Position numbers and translations under genes: made by a program. A model generated the notes under the pieces. It did no database searches and was not told where the DNA came from. It saw only the letters and a list, made by a program, of their open reading frames with translations. From Epiperipatus broadwayi (lineage: Eukaryota > Animalia > Onychophora), in NCBI GenBank assembly GCA_028023455.1, contig JAQFVV010000010.1, positions 8,556,001 to 8,620,000 of the forward strand: a stretch of DNA of 64,000 nucleotides, written 5' to 3'. This document shows, in pieces, positions 12,660 to 26,924 of the stretch (positions are counted from its first letter, which is position 1; each line of letters starts with the position of its first letter).

Positions 12660-15600
12660 ATTTTAAAGATTCAGAAACGTTGAGGTTAAAGGTTTATTTA
12701 GTAAAAGTATTTTACAGATCGTATTAATAGTGCAGATGAATCAGAAAGAAAGAGGGGTAGAGTTTATAAAGTAAATATTCTGTTTATTAAATAAAGAAAG
12801 TGTTTGATGAAAATCGTATCATCGCAGAAGTAAATTATAACTATAAAATATTGAAAGAAATTTGTATAGAAAAATCAAAAATCAATAAAAGTATTAAGAA
12901 ATCGGTTCAAGTAGAGTTATATATGTGTGTGTGAATGCATATATGAAAAAGGTATTAGAAAATTTTAATTATAAAAATAATCAATAATCATTAGTACGTG
13001 GAATCGGTGGAAAGCCTTTTCAGAGAACTATTTACTTTATTTTAACATCATATTCATAGCAGCTAATTCCCATTCAAAATCTTGAGTTTAAAGTTCGTCT
13101 GATATGTATAACTTTTTTTATATATTAAAAACTTTCATTTTATTGTCTCAGGGTGATTTTTACGAGCGGGGAAAATTCAATAAAATCACGTGATGTTTAT
13201 AAAAATGAGAATAGGTAATTTATAAAACAATAACAAACAAACAATTAAAAATTGGTTATAATATGATTGACAAGAAGTATCATTCAGAAATTGAAGGGGG
13301 GTACCAAAAGTATTTAAACTAAGCCATCATCATCATCATTCTGTCTTTAGAAGAACGTCAGGTAAAATTACCATTTTACAAATACTAAAAATTTAAGTTT
13401 TTAACTGTTGTTCTAGCTCAATTTCTGAATGAAATTTTAGTTAAAATTTGTATTCTTGTAAAATAGTAATGGTGGGTAAGCCGTTTGTCAGGCATATATT
13501 TATTTTCTCTGAAGTTGACTATCAAAAAGATTTCCTATACGATCTTAATTACCTTAAGCAATCAGAAAGTAATGCATCTGACCGCAGATAAAATTTAACT
13601 TAAAGAAAATTGAGGAAACACTGAATTTTGTGGATCTGTATTTCAAATGTTCACTTATTAAAATGGATGTACTGTATATGATTATTTGTATCATCGAAAG
13701 TTTATAAAAAAATAATTTTTTTTTATCAAAAATAAGTGTGGAAATGAATTCTAATACAAATGTTATACGTTAACGCCCGCCTAAAGTATTGTCTGGAACA
13801 TCATTGACTTGAAGTGACAGTTCATCAATGAGAAATAAATAATACAGAAAAGAAAATATAATTATTAATTAAATCAATATGCTACCAACCTAAGACAAAA
13901 TTGATGGAATATAATGTTATAATTCTTGGAGAGAGTACGTGAATTACGAGACTTCTTCAACCTAAGCTATAGTGAACCAACGTATTTGTCTGAAAGAAAG
14001 TTAAGAAAGAAGCTAATTCCTTTAAATATAATATTGAATGAAATCTTATTGAAGAAACATAAACTGTGTAAAGGAATTAATTATGAGTGGAAAATTTACT
14101 ACTACTTGAATTGCAAGTACTATTTATGTTTAAAAAAGTGAATTGATAAAATAAATACCCTCTGGATTAATATTTTCATGTTTATAAAGTGTGTTATATG
14201 CTGAAACTTCGAACATAAATGTTTAACCTTAAGGATTATTTCATGAAAGAGTTTGTTAAAGTTTTCCATGGATTAAGTATTCAAATATGTGTGCACACAA
14301 AACTAAAAGTGAGATTTGCAGCTGCAACGATATAAAAAGACTTGGAGAATTATTGAACAAGAATTATTTAAGTATAATTTTTATTCTTTATTTTTTTTTT
14401 TGAAGCTATATTTATCTAAATATGCATAAATTTAGAGTTAACAAATATTTAGATTTTTTTTTTTAGTTGGAGTTACTATAAAGTTTTGAGACATGGCTTC
14501 TTTTAACTACAAAATTATTGCTTTACCCTAATTAAATGAGTGAAATATATGAATGAAAATATTTAGTATACGAAGTGTTTTTAAAAGATCGGGTTATTAT
14601 TATTAAATATTTTATGCTAATAAAATAATATTTTAATATGGAATGCATGTTGTGATAAAATGAAATAACTTTGTCCCAAAGGGGGGGGGGGCAAGATGAT
14701 TTTGCAAATGATGCGCATTCTTATTTTTTATTATTATTAAAGTTAGAAATGATTTTAGAAGTAAGCTGATTTAAGCTTATAAAATTGTTGGCTCGTGCTT
14801 CAGTGCAATATGTTGTAGATGCAATTTAAGTTTAAATTCTTATATATGCGCGCGTAGATTGATGTAGGACCCTTGTTTGCATTGTTAGTTAAAGGATCAC
14901 CACCCAGCCAGCGAAGATGTAGCATAGCTCGCTCACCCAATAGTAAGATTTATGAAGTATTTAGAAAAGGTGGATGAATTTCCCACTTTGTTTATTTTCA
15001 CACCGTATGATGATTTGTTTATTAATAGCCGGAGTGCTTTGTGCAAACCCATTTAGATTTGAATGACTAGCAATTAATTCTAGCATACCTTAGCCTTAAT
15101 GAAAAGGTGGGTTTTCTCGTATTCTGGGTCTTTGCCAAACACTCATGTTGATGCTGACTTCGTTTCATTATGGGTGTATATTAGATATGGTATAGTAAGA
15201 GTATAAGTTATGAATATTGTTAACAGGGTCATAAAATCAATCTGCTGTTTATTAGTGAGTGTGGGTGTGAAAATGCGATCTATTGTACTGGAACATTGCG
15301 TTTTATTTAGCTTTATGTAGCTAGTTAAGAGCCAAGAATAATTATAAAGTTAAGTATTGAATTTGAGCAATAAAACATATTTGTATAATAATGAGCAATA
15401 CCTATTAAGGTTCCAGTTTACGGCTAGATGAGAACTTCGCTAGAATGGTAAGCCAATTAAAATATTACTCCTGTGGGAACATTGGTATGTGATTTACATA
15501 CGTATAAGTGAAAGTATGATCTGTCTGTGTACCGATTCTTTAACACCTGAAACAGTTGTTTAATTCATGCTAGGATAAGCAAAGATTGACAAATATTTAA

Positions 15601-16100
15601 CATTTTAAAACATAACTAGTTAAAGCATATTATGTTGAGTTAATTAAAGAGTAAATTACTAGCTTATTATTTCGTGAAGAACGATCTGCATGACCAATAT
15701 TCGCAGCCGAAAAGTAAATAAATAGTTTAAAGTTTAGAAATATATTTAAGAAGTTAACAGTTGTTGTTATATTTAAAGGTTACGTGATTATTAAAAGCTA
15801 AATCGTATAGTTTACCTGTTCATAGAATAAAATCACTCCGTAGCAGTTGTAGACCCCAATTCATTGATAAATGAATAATACTTTGTTCTATTACAATTTA
15901 GCACTATCTGCTGCTTTGTTTTATTATTTTTTATGGTTGAAGAACAGGGAAAGTTACCAGAAACCATGTAAATACTGTAAATATATTTTTAGTTTATCGT
16001 TGTTAATAAAATGTGGTCATGTTTAAAAATAAAAGCTTTGTCTGTGTCTCAATGTTTTGCGGATCCCATGAATTCTGGAAATCCTAATCATACACCAATA
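12660..16100. promoter_or_regulatory. CpG-retaining, promoter-like zone
   Basis: Roughly 50 CpG counted by eye versus a handful in 29.5-32.5 kb; it contains TCACGTGA (~13187), GCGCGCG (~14848) and a CCAAT motif (~15693). Confidence 0.45.
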
Positions 16101-17045
16101 CACTATTGCTTAAATTTTAATTATGATTTAATTTATTACACCATACCAGGTAAATTATTTAAGAGATTATTCTCTAAAGCTTTATTACTAAATTTAATAA
16201 AAGAAAAATTATTTAACACTGCAGTTTCAAATTAATAAGTACAAAAAATAAGTAACTAATTTTGCAACATTAAAATTTTAAGATTTATAGTATACAGTAG
16301 AATTATTGTGCGATATAGAGTGCAGTGGGTGGACATAAAATCCTTTCTCTACCTGCTGTATTCAAATACCTTCTCAGGTGAACTTGTTATTCAAAATTTC
16401 TAAATTATTAGAGTGTTTATAGTATTTTATTTACAAAATTTCTAATTAAAATTTGATCTTAGTTATTTGGAAAAATAGAGAAAGTGGGCATTGGCCATGT
16501 GAAATTCAGCCAAGGTCAACTATGGATATAATCACTGGGAGAGTATTCATTTAATACCAATAATTCGTATCAGAATGTTAAGTTTCACACTTTGCTGTTC
16601 TGAAGCCCTGAGACAAGATTATCGTATGGTAGAGGAGATCTAGCAAAAGAAGAAATTAATCTGAAAACCAAGAGTAATGAGTTACAAATATTCACTAAAC
16701 TGATTTATAGATGAGAATGTGATGGAGGGATAAATTAGGAGGATAGTAATGGGCCTGGAAATAGTTAAATTTCTTTAAAATTTTATTTGTGACTTTGATA
16801 TTAGTTGGATGGTAAGTGTGCTGAGAGATTTAGAGTATAATGGGAGTTGAGCTGAGATTTTCCTCCTCTCCAATAAATGTAATAATAAATTATGAGATTA
16901 ACATTATTAGTAGTAATAATGCTCTCAGTGTTTTATTTATAAATTTTTTTTATTTATTGACCCATTCACTGGATATTAATGTAAATAATTAAGTGAATTA
17001 TTAATAGGTAATAAGTAGTATAAGAATTTTCATTAAAGTTACAAT

Positions 17046-17114
17046 TTGGTGCCCTGGCAATTGTATAATACGCTGTCCCATCGTCATCGATCCTGAGACT
17101 GCCTGCTCGGCGGG
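17046..17114. other. Short GC/CpG-rich segment between 8-bp direct repeats
   Basis: GTTACAAT at 17038-17045 and 17115-17122; five CpG in about 70 bp within AT-rich flanks. Confidence 0.5.
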
Positions 17115-18253
17115 GTTACAATATATATATGCACAAATGCTCTAATTTTATATTACTGTTCAATAAAATACAAAATACAATAAATATTTAATCATGTTGT
17201 GATAAATAAAAAATAATATTTCTAATTTAATTTAGTGATGAAAATTGAAGATTCAAAAAAAAAAAAAATTGATTAATTTTTCATTTATTTTATATTTTTA
17301 AGGATAATAAGTCATTTCAATAAATTTTTGCTAAAAAAAAAAAAGTATTCTGATGATAAAAATATACTTTAAGATAATTTTTAAATTTAAAAATTCTTAT
17401 ATTACTTGAAAAAATCCCAAACTCTCAGAGTAAAATATAAAGACAAAATGTGAATTACTAATCAAATTTTTATTAAATGTAAAAGAAGATTGCATTAAAA
17501 GATGACAGAAATTGAAAATAATGGATCCTTTAACTGAATAAAAAATTCATTGTACATTAGAAAATGCTTTTACAAATGATCAAATTCATATTAAATGCAT
17601 TACACCAACCAATACATAATATATCTATTTTTAATTTTATTAATTTTTAAAAAGTAATTATAAGGTTAAAAATATATATTCAATAGAACAAATTAAGAGT
17701 AAATAAATAAAAATTGGATGAATATCTTTTCCAAACACTTCTTGTAAAGTTAATCCAGTATATCTAAATTCATATATCATGCAAAGTCTTCCACTTTCTT
17801 ATAAAAACTTGAATTTATTATCTGAACCAATATAAATTATATAAATAACCCAACATAAATATTTCTTTCCTAAACATTTATTTAAAACATTATAGATATA
17901 AATAGATAAAATTTCCAGCAATTTTATTGCTCAGAATTGAGAACTCCTGGCAGGTGTGATCCTGTAAGCCTAAAGTATAGGCAAACCAATTGATTACTCT
18001 GTGTCAGAGAGTTTGGGGCTGTAGATCTTCAGAATTGAAATACTAACCATGTTATAATGGGTCTGAAAGTAGTAGCAATATTGAAACTGTACTATGAAAT
18101 CTATTTTATGATTGAGATTCGATTACAAACAATTCTATAAAGGGAAATAGAATAGAATATATATATATATATATATATATGTGGAAGTCAAGTTTAGGTA
18201 TATCTAATAATATGTAAATGAAGTTAAATTATAACATGTTATATATGTCTTAC

Positions 18254-18479
18254 TCCAATAAACATCACATGATCACCATTTCTTATGCTTGCTTATAGGT
18301 GCAGTGCTCTCAGATCCAAGGCTCCTCACTGATGAAGGCCACAAGCCAGAAACTAGTCTGGGGATATTGGATGAGTAGGCACTATATGGGAATTTTATAC
18401 ACAAGCCTTCTGTCATCCACTGATTACTCTGGCTTGCACTGAGTGGCAATATGTGTAGAGAGTTTTGCTTGTTTTTTTA
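18254..18479 (+). mobile_element. Family F1 partial copy with short 5' inversion
   Basis: 18257-18296 is F1 in minus orientation, followed by plus-strand F1 through the ribozyme; 11-bp TSD ATATGTCTTAC at 18243-18253 and 18480-18490. Confidence 0.88.
18323..18364 (+). ncRNA. Minimal type I hammerhead ribozyme (F1)
   Basis: TCCTCA-CTGATGA-AGGC-CACAA-GCCA-GAAA-CTAG-TC-TGGGGA; palindromic ACTAGT stem III; predicted GUC cleavage after 18358. Confidence 0.85.
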
Positions 18480-20749
18480 ATATGTCTTACCCATTTGTAA
18501 AGTGAAGTGGATGTTTCAAAATGCATCTATAGTGAGAGAGGTTGATCTGAATTCTATGCCAATGGATAGTTGTGATATGATAGAATTAAAATGAAAGATG
18601 CACGAATAAAAATAAAAACTGGAAAATATATGAGACCTTTTAAGAAAGCCTACAATGTTTCTTGTTCCACTAATTTTGCATTTACAAAAATGCTTTCAAT
18701 GTAAAATATAATTTCCAAAACTGACATTTATTGGCATTAAAACCAGCATTTTATTAAACTCACAATAGTCATATGGTATAAGAATTGAAAATGATAAAGG
18801 GAAAACTTGAGAATTGATTTTGTAACACTGAATAAGTTTTAATTTTCTTATTTAAATTTTACAATTATTTAAAATAATTGAGGTTAACAATGTACATAAA
18901 AATTTGATGAATGATAACATTTTATTAAACTGTTAATGCGAAAGTGAGTTTTATGCAAAAATTAAATCAAAATTAATAATGTAAATGTACTTCTTGGCAA
19001 GAACTATTTTGATGTGTGAAAAACTACTTTAATGGCCAACCAATAACCTAACATACCTATAGAATGATTTTAACTAATTTTAAACTCAAATTAATTTAGA
19101 TTAGAGTTTTGAGCTTGTGCTATATGCACTCAGTCAAAATGGGAACCTTTATATACATATATTTAAATAATTAGATAATTAAAATTAGAAAAGAAAAAAA
19201 AGGAATAATGCAAACTTATTATTAAGGTAAACTTATTATTAAGGTTGACTTAATCTGAATTTTAAGCAAGCTGAAATCTGAAGTTATTTACTATTTGGAA
19301 ATTAATGCCATTTTTGTGGATTAAGAGTAAAGAATTATTATTGATACTTCTAATAAAATATGCAGAAAATTTGTGGTATAAATTTTGGATTATTTTATCA
19401 CTGTAAAATAGAGTCCTTACATAAAAATTCAAAATTTTCTTAATTTAATATTTAACTAATCAAGAATATTTACACTGAAGCCTATTTCTAAAATAGAATA
19501 AGTATAAAGATGATTTTATAAATCAAAAAGTTTTGAAATTTATAATAGATATTTTTTGATTTTAGTAATGTATGATTAAAGTAATGAGAGAATGTAAACC
19601 CCAGTATCAAATGAACATTTGACAAAACTTTTAGTGTATTTCCTAAAACTTTGAAGGTATTTAAAAACCTAGAAAAGCAGATGCAATACAAAATCTAAAT
19701 AAAAGAGTGAGGCATCAATTTAAAAAAAAAAAGAAAGTATTATAGAAGAAAATGAAAACATATATGTAAATTTTTATTAAAACAAAATAAATAGAGTGTC
19801 TGTGCAAAGAAATAAAGCAATATTAAATGTACTTTGAAAATAAAATTAATTTTTAATAACATAGGGGTCTTAAATATAATGCAAATAAAACTGAAATCAT
19901 CCTAAAATGTAACTAGAATAAGATATGTTACTAACTTATTAATTAGGTATTGATAGACTTTACAATTAGCATTTTATGAGACATTAAATAAACAAGATAT
20001 ATTAAAAAATTAAAGTTTAACATGTTAACAACGTGAGACATTAATCAGAATGATAAAAAAATTTAAATGTTTAAAAAATATTTACATAAGTTAGGAATGG
20101 AATATCTGTGCTTTAATTTAGAAACTGCTAACATTAATTTTTAAATTAAGAAAGTAACTTTATTTATATCATCATTGATGTATTTTGTCTTTAAAATGTG
20201 AAAGCTTATGATATGACCTTGATAAAAGAGATATTTTATCAGTGCATGGATTCCTTGTTGCATATTATAATATGCTTTCTAATGCTCAAAATATACTTTA
20301 ATTTCAATTTAGCTTTATAGAGAATTGTAGGTAGTATTCATACTTTATTATAAATAATCTTAATGCATTTACAAAATTTATTAAATAATTTAATATTTAC
20401 TAAAAGTACTAATTAGTATACATTCATTGTAGTAGGACTATTATTGTTCAAATCTTATCCAAAGTATTTAATACTACATAATTTATTTAAACATAATTGA
20501 GACCTTGTGGAGTAACAGTTTTTATAAACAAAAAACAATCATAATTTGATTCAAAACTACTACTATTATATTATCATAGAAAATGGATGCTTTGAAATTT
20601 GGTTAATTTCTGTTGTGACAGCATTTAGTTATATTCAAAATATATATGGAATTAATGAATTTTAAAAGTACAAAAAAATTCTTTTAATGAATTTTTATGT
20701 AGCCAGAAGAAATCATTGAAAAAAAAAACACTTAATAGTTTTTTTTTGG

Positions 20750-21062
20750 TATGGATGGATCAAAAGTTGGAATAGATTGAAGCCTGTCCATTAAAGTATG
20801 AAGACTTGCTATCTTAATATAAAATGAGCACTGATTATATATATATATGTGTAGGAGATTATGATCTGGACCAACTGATGAGTGCTGGTTCAACACAAAA
20901 TATGTATATTGATGATTATTTGCCTTTTCTACATGTGTGTGGTCATGTGTATCAGTGGTATAAGATAGTGTGGATAGTTGAAAGGTGTTTGAAATTCTGG
21001 GTTCAAATCCTGTATGTTTACAATTAAGCTCCAGGTATAAGAAGAATACCTGTATTTCAAAT
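20750..21062 (+). mobile_element. Family F2 copy with mutated ribozyme core
   Basis: Aligns to 59750-60000; ACCAA-CTGATGA-GTGCTG-GTT-CAACAC-AAAA, so GAAA has become AAAA, consistent with CpG decay. Confidence 0.85.
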
Positions 21063-22196
21063 ATTAAATATCATTGATATTTTAGATTTGTAGGCATACT
21101 TTATTATCTCATCCATTCATGAATCATTTTATTTTAAATATAAATAATGTTTAACTTTTAGTATAAGTTTGTGTTATTATAAACAGTGTTTTAATTCATA
21201 AGGAATATTAAGATTTATTTGTCTAATTCTAGGCATTATTTTTGTTCTATTATAAGTAGTATATATAATAGGCATAGATCATTGCTTATAAGATAATGAT
21301 ATTTGCGTTTATTGCTTTATCTTTAATCTATTGGAAATAACATTCATATTTTACGATAGTTTGAAATAATGATTTTATTTGTTTTCTATCTGTTTTAAAT
21401 GCTGTCTGAATCTATGAGGCTACAATAAAGATTATTATCATTGTTTTATTACATAAGTGTTCGATTGCTATTCATTGATTGATATTCACTTTAGTTTACT
21501 TTATTATTTTCATTCTGTTATGAAATCAATAAATTAGGATTGTCTTTCTTGGTTCATATTTTTTTATTCTGTTACAAATGGTGATCAATAATTAGGTTTT
21601 GAGTAAGGTTATCATATAACCCACATTGTATTCTGTTACAAATGGCTCCCAAATCTGTGGGCATTAAAAGAAGAGGTTAGCATTATTTATATTCTATTAC
21701 AAACAACACAACCAACTTCAGCTTGATCAAAGACCAAAATCATAGAGATCAGAGTTTCATACATATATGTAGAGAAATATAAAATTATATCTTATATACA
21801 GTAATAATATTTTATAAGTAGCCGTAATTTATTCCATAAAGTTTAAAATAATTTATTTGAATACTAGGTGAAGAAATATTTTGTGTACTAAAAAAAAAAA
21901 GAATTTTATTATTAATATCATTCTCTTGCAGGTTTTTATCATGACAACTGGAAGGCTGAATGGACAAATATTTTATGTCAAATAGTAAAATAATTTAAAA
22001 TATTTTTATAATTTATTTTGGTTAAAGAGAGGCTATTATTTTTTCTATAAAAAAATATACAATATGAAAACCAAGTGTTGAAATGTCATAATATCAAACA
22101 GTTATTCGAGAAATGTTGAAAAAATTGAGAGAAGAAATGAATAATGTTTCAAGTTCAAAATAGAAAAAATAAAAAATTCAGAGAAGAAATGAATAA

Positions 22197-22600
22197 ATAG
22201 TCAAAATAAGAGTCATAGATCACATGACCCTATTCTCTTAAGCTTGTAAGTTATAAACAATGAGGATTGCCAATTCCTCAACAAGCTTTGTGATAAATGC
22301 TTAGCTAGAGAAAGCATTTAAAATATCTTTGACAGGACCCCTCCCCAAACATCTGACCCTGGTTTCATGCTCTGGCACTCCTCAGAGAGGTGCTAGGTAG
22401 GTTCAGACACTAGATCTAAAAACACCAACCCAAAGCCAGCATTTAACTAAAAGTTATCTATTGAGTGGAAAGTCTGAAATTTTCAGACACCTACATGTTT
22501 TCAAACCTAGCTATCCAACTCAAATAGCTATATGGGGCTGAGAGATCTTCAGCCATACCATATATTAGTAGTCTTAGCAATATAACATTGCATAAGACTT
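22197..22600 (-). mobile_element. Family F3 copy (~404 bp, nearly one monomer)
   Basis: Homologous to 4009-4280 but circularly permuted; 13-bp direct repeat AAGAAATGAATAA at 22184-22196 and 22601-22613. Confidence 0.8.
22349..22391 (-). ncRNA. Minimal type I hammerhead ribozyme (F3)
   Basis: ACCTCT-CTGAGGA-GTGC-CAGA-GCAT-GAAA-CCAGGG-TC-AGATGT; stem I pairs at 5 of 6 positions, stem II 4 bp, stem III ACC/GGT, GUC site at 22355. Confidence 0.8.
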
Positions 22601-22619
22601 AAGAAATGAATAAGTGTAA

Positions 22620-25100
22620 TAATTGAAATAATGAATCTAAATAATTAAAAATAGAAGATTATAGAGTGTCAGAACAAATGACTTTAGAAACAATAATTAT
22701 TGTTGAAAAGTTGGAAAAGGTAGAGACAGATTGTTTTAATAATTTTGTAGAAATAAAATCTATAAAAGAGCAGAAAAGCTTAGATATGACACTTCCAAAT
22801 GTTCAACAGTGGCAACAAAATTAAAAAAAAAGAGTAAAAATAGTCAGAGAATTATAAATAAAGTATGATTGGAAACTAAAATTAGTTCCAAATGGAGTTA
22901 AAATTTTGGAGAATAATATTAATGACAATATAGATTATAGATGCGTAACACAGGGATATAAAAACATATGGAAAATAATTATTGACAACGTCATGGCTGT
23001 AGTAATGAAAAAAAAGGGGAATATATCCTATAGGAAATGGAGTAAGCAATTGCTCCAAGGAAAAATTTATAGTAATGTAATAACAAAGGAAAAACAAATT
23101 AAGAGTTCATTTAATGAGAAAATTTATAGTAAAGGTGACTATGTAGTAGATGATAATATGGATAATAAAATTTCTTTATTATTTTATACACAAAAATGTT
23201 GAGAATAATTGAAAATTACATGGAGAGAGGGAAAGTTTAATGTCAATTTAAAATTGTTATAAGGTTGGATGGCTTTAGATCCTTGAAGACCCACAATCTG
23301 ACTAAGGAATTAAAGAGTATTAGTGTTAGTATCTTAAATTAAAACCCAAATAAATATGACTTGTTTAAAAATTAAAATGTAATATGCCATATAGTGTTAG
23401 TGATTTATTAAATATTGTTAAGGTTTGAATTGGACTCCTATATTGGTTGATGGTATTATGATGGTACATGTTTAAAATAAGATATGAGGTATTTATTTGA
23501 TATTTTAATAGAATTAAAATATAACCTGTTGAACAAAAGGCATTTATGAAATAGTAATGTATTAGCATTATTTTTCTTGGCAAAAGAGCAGAATAGTCAA
23601 TGGTGAAAAATATAGTATTATAAATGATAAATAGTATGGAATATGGTAAAAGAGAAAATAATTGTCAAGCATTGATGGCCTAGTTAGCATAGCTGTCTTC
23701 CAAGCAGTTGGCCTGGGTTCGCTTCCTGGTCAACGCATTTGACATGAAAAAAAAAAAGAAGGAAAACAATTTTTTAAATATTTATGTTCATAGCTCTTCA
23801 TGTATTATTTTGAAGTGTTATAATCCTAAAGATATGAATATTTTAGAGTCATTTAAAGAAGTGAGATATATAAATGTTTGTGTACTAGTGCAAATAAGAT
23901 AAATGATGAAGATTTATAACTATTAGATGTTAGTTAGTAATAGTTGGTCTTAAATAATTTTAGTAGGAATACTGAGTAATTTTCTTTATGAATAAAACCT
24001 ATGGAACATAAGTTTATCTTCAAAGCTGAATAGTGGAGGTAATCTTAAAAAGAATGCTATAAAAGTTGAAAATGCATTATATGAAAGAAATTTTATTAAT
24101 GTTTTGGTGGTATCATAGTAAGAACAATGAGTTAGTTGATTTCAATACAAGAAACTTTGAATATAGTGTGTTATATTGTTTGGATATAATAAATTTCACA
24201 TTATATTATTGACAAGAGGTTATTGAAAGAGATAAAAATATAAAGCATTATTTTTAAATTTATAGTAAAGCTTTAGCAATTGTAATTGACGAGTTTTATA
24301 AAAAATGAAAAGAATACAGAAGTATAATTGTACTTTATGATACATTGTTAATAAAATACTAGGTAAGCAAATTCTTTGTTAGTAAATGTATCATTGGATA
24401 TTATTTACTAGAGATACATAATAGAGTAATAGAAATATATAGAGAAGACAGGAATAAAAGAGTACACAAGTTTTTAGTTTTAATGGGAATACTGATAGAG
24501 TATTCAGGATTCATGATGATTAAATTGTTAAACACTATATAAAGAAGGGAAATGAGAAGAGAGAAAAGAATAGACATTTGTTTATATTTAAATGAAAATG
24601 GTTCATTGTGTATATTCAAAGTTATAATACAATTACTGTTGTTAGTTTAAAAAAATTGTCAGTAGAGAGATGTACTTACTGAAATTTGAAATAAATTTCA
24701 ATATGTGGTGTAATGTCAATTATAAAAAAAAATTTTTTTGGTTTGATTTTAATAATGAATGTATTAACCTGGGAAGCATTGGAATATGTTGCTATGACAA
24801 CAATAATATTGGAGAAAGAAATGTTTATTATTAATTTTAGTATTAAAATTTGAGGATTGACTTTATTTATTTTAAAAATGAATGTGTAAATAATAAAATT
24901 TATAGACTTGATAAAATTATTATTTTCCTTTATTATGTATATTTTCATTACTGCATTAACAATAATAGATTACACATAATACACCTAATTATTTAATGTC
25001 TGATGTGTATTTGTTATTTTATGTATAATATTGTGTTGGAAAATATGTGTAAAAACATGTTTCCATTGTGATATGTAAGAATGTTAGAGGGAAAGAATGC
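22620..25100 (+). mobile_element. Possible very old Ty3/gypsy pol relic
   Basis: Only weak motifs: RNase H-like YSKALAIV (~24262) and integrase-like RIDF (~24853); many stops and frameshifts. Confidence 0.3.
23663..23744 (+). mobile_element. tRNA-Gly(TCC)-derived SINE or pseudogene, closest to the parent tRNA
   Basis: 23669-23737 GCATTGATGG...GCTGTCTTCCAAGCAG...GGTTCGCTTCCTGGTCAACGCA; anticodon TCC at 23699-23701; D-loop GG missing and T-loop A58 replaced by C; A-rich tail follows. Confidence 0.85.
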
Positions 25101-25169
25101 TATATGTATTTTAAGACATAAGTGTTGTATATTATATGTGTGATAAATTATAAAATATTTATTTTTATT

Positions 25170-25492
25170 TGTTATTATTATTGTGTAATAAGATATTTAT
25201 TTATGGGATGCTAGATGAAATTGGCAAAAAAGTTGAGGGTCTCTCCAAGTTCAATTCATTTTCTTTGATCTTTAGCTTCTCTGCTCTACATCACCCCTGC
25301 ACACTTTTTTATTTTATCCATCCATCTTGCATGTGGTCTCTTTCTAGATCTTTACAATATCTTGGAATCCAGTTTAAGATTTCAATTGTTCATCTATTAT
25401 CATCTCTTCTAGCAATATGTCCAGCCCAATTCCACTTCAGTCTTTTAATTTTTTCAATGAGGCCAGTAACACCCATCTGTTCTCGTACCCAT
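25170..25492 (-). mobile_element. RTE-clade LINE 3' fragment
   Basis: Minus-strand translation LKWNWAGHIARR*DRWTIEILNWIPR matches the RTE RT C-terminal W.WAGH..R motif; (TAA)n-like tail near 25170-25185. Confidence 0.8.
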
Positions 25493-26924
25493 ATATAATA
25501 TATATTTAAATGCAATCAAATAATGTTTTTTCATCCTGACAGTATTATAAAACAAGAAAAACAAATAAAACTATATGATTTTTTTATCTAAATTTCTATA
25601 GTTAAAATTTTTATCATCATAATAATTGTTCAAAAATTTCAGATTATATTATAAAAAAAAATCCTCTTATTCATTTTTTAAATTTTATTTTCAAATAGTA
25701 TAGATAGTATTGTGACATATGATATTTAATTTTGGTTATCAATTTCATATTACCATAAGATAATTTCATTTATGTTGTTTTGTGTAGGAGTTAGATGCAT
25801 CGGTTTTTAATTAAAATTTTGTCATTATTACAAAACATAGTTGAAATTAATTTTTACAAAAAAAACATTAAAAGTAATATATAATAAACAATAATTGTTA
25901 ATATTTTAGAATAGTAGTTAGCATATTTATATCTACAATATTGGGTTTGAATTAAGGATAGAAATATTGGAAACTTTTTTATGTCATTGACTTGGCATTT
26001 TTTCTGCAAAATTAATCCTTAGCAATCCAGTTATTTCCAAGTACAGATCAGTAAGCAAGTCATCACCATCATTTTAAAATGAATGATCTTGAGTTAATCT
26101 GGTTGATAATATAACTATTAAAGTTATGACTGTAAGAAAAACAAAAATAAATAATACTGTAAATTATTGATATTTTCACTGGCGTGAGATATAATACTCA
26201 TATGAACTCATGAGTGTATGATTTATCTTCAAAGTAGATTACAAACTCTTGTACCCATTAAGATAGAAGTTTGTTATTATAAGAAATAAATGTTAATTCA
26301 TACATAAATATAAGTTATAATGTAGATAAATAAGTAATGTTCAAATGTATTAGTAAGTTTAGATATATGTATACATTAAAGTATATTTTAAAAAATCATA
26401 TTTTACATGTTGCCCCACTCAATGTGACTCAAAGAATACTATAGCAGAATTGCATATAGCACTCATGAAAAAAATTGATATAAATATAAAGTTATATTAA
26501 AATATTTTCCTTATATTTATGAAATGTTCCTTTTGAACAAATATTTTGATTGTAGAAATACCTCTGCTGTTAAAGCAAAAAAAAAAAAAAGTTTAAAACT
26601 TAGAATTGTGATACATATAAAAATATCCATTAGAGTGATAAAAAAATAATTTCATATGAGTTTTAAATTAATATTATTATTATTATAATTTACATTATTG
26701 TATGTAACCCCCCCCCCCCCTGATAAAATAAAGCATGTCCAACATTTCTTAAAAATAGATGATAAAAATTCATTAAAATTTAAGATTATTTGATATTGGA
26801 TACTACTACATCGAAACAGATTTAAAACAACATATTTTTGCATCTCCATTCAAAATGTTTTAAAGGAAAACAGTTTTAATCATTTTTATTAGACATTCAT
26901 TAGACTAGAAATTATCCATTACTG

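Noticed and set aside
14860-15500. Mitochondrial insertion (NUMT)
   Set aside because: No mitochondrial protein or rRNA motif was recovered in the frames I translated.
12417-17120. Single 4.7-kb element bounded by TGTAACC...GGTTACA in TA runs
   Set aside because: There is only a 7-bp terminal match, no paired LTRs, and no TE coding motifs inside.
23669-23737. Functional tRNA-Gly(TCC) gene
   Set aside because: The D-loop GG is missing, T-loop A58 is replaced by C, and it shares SINE-family termini and an A tail.
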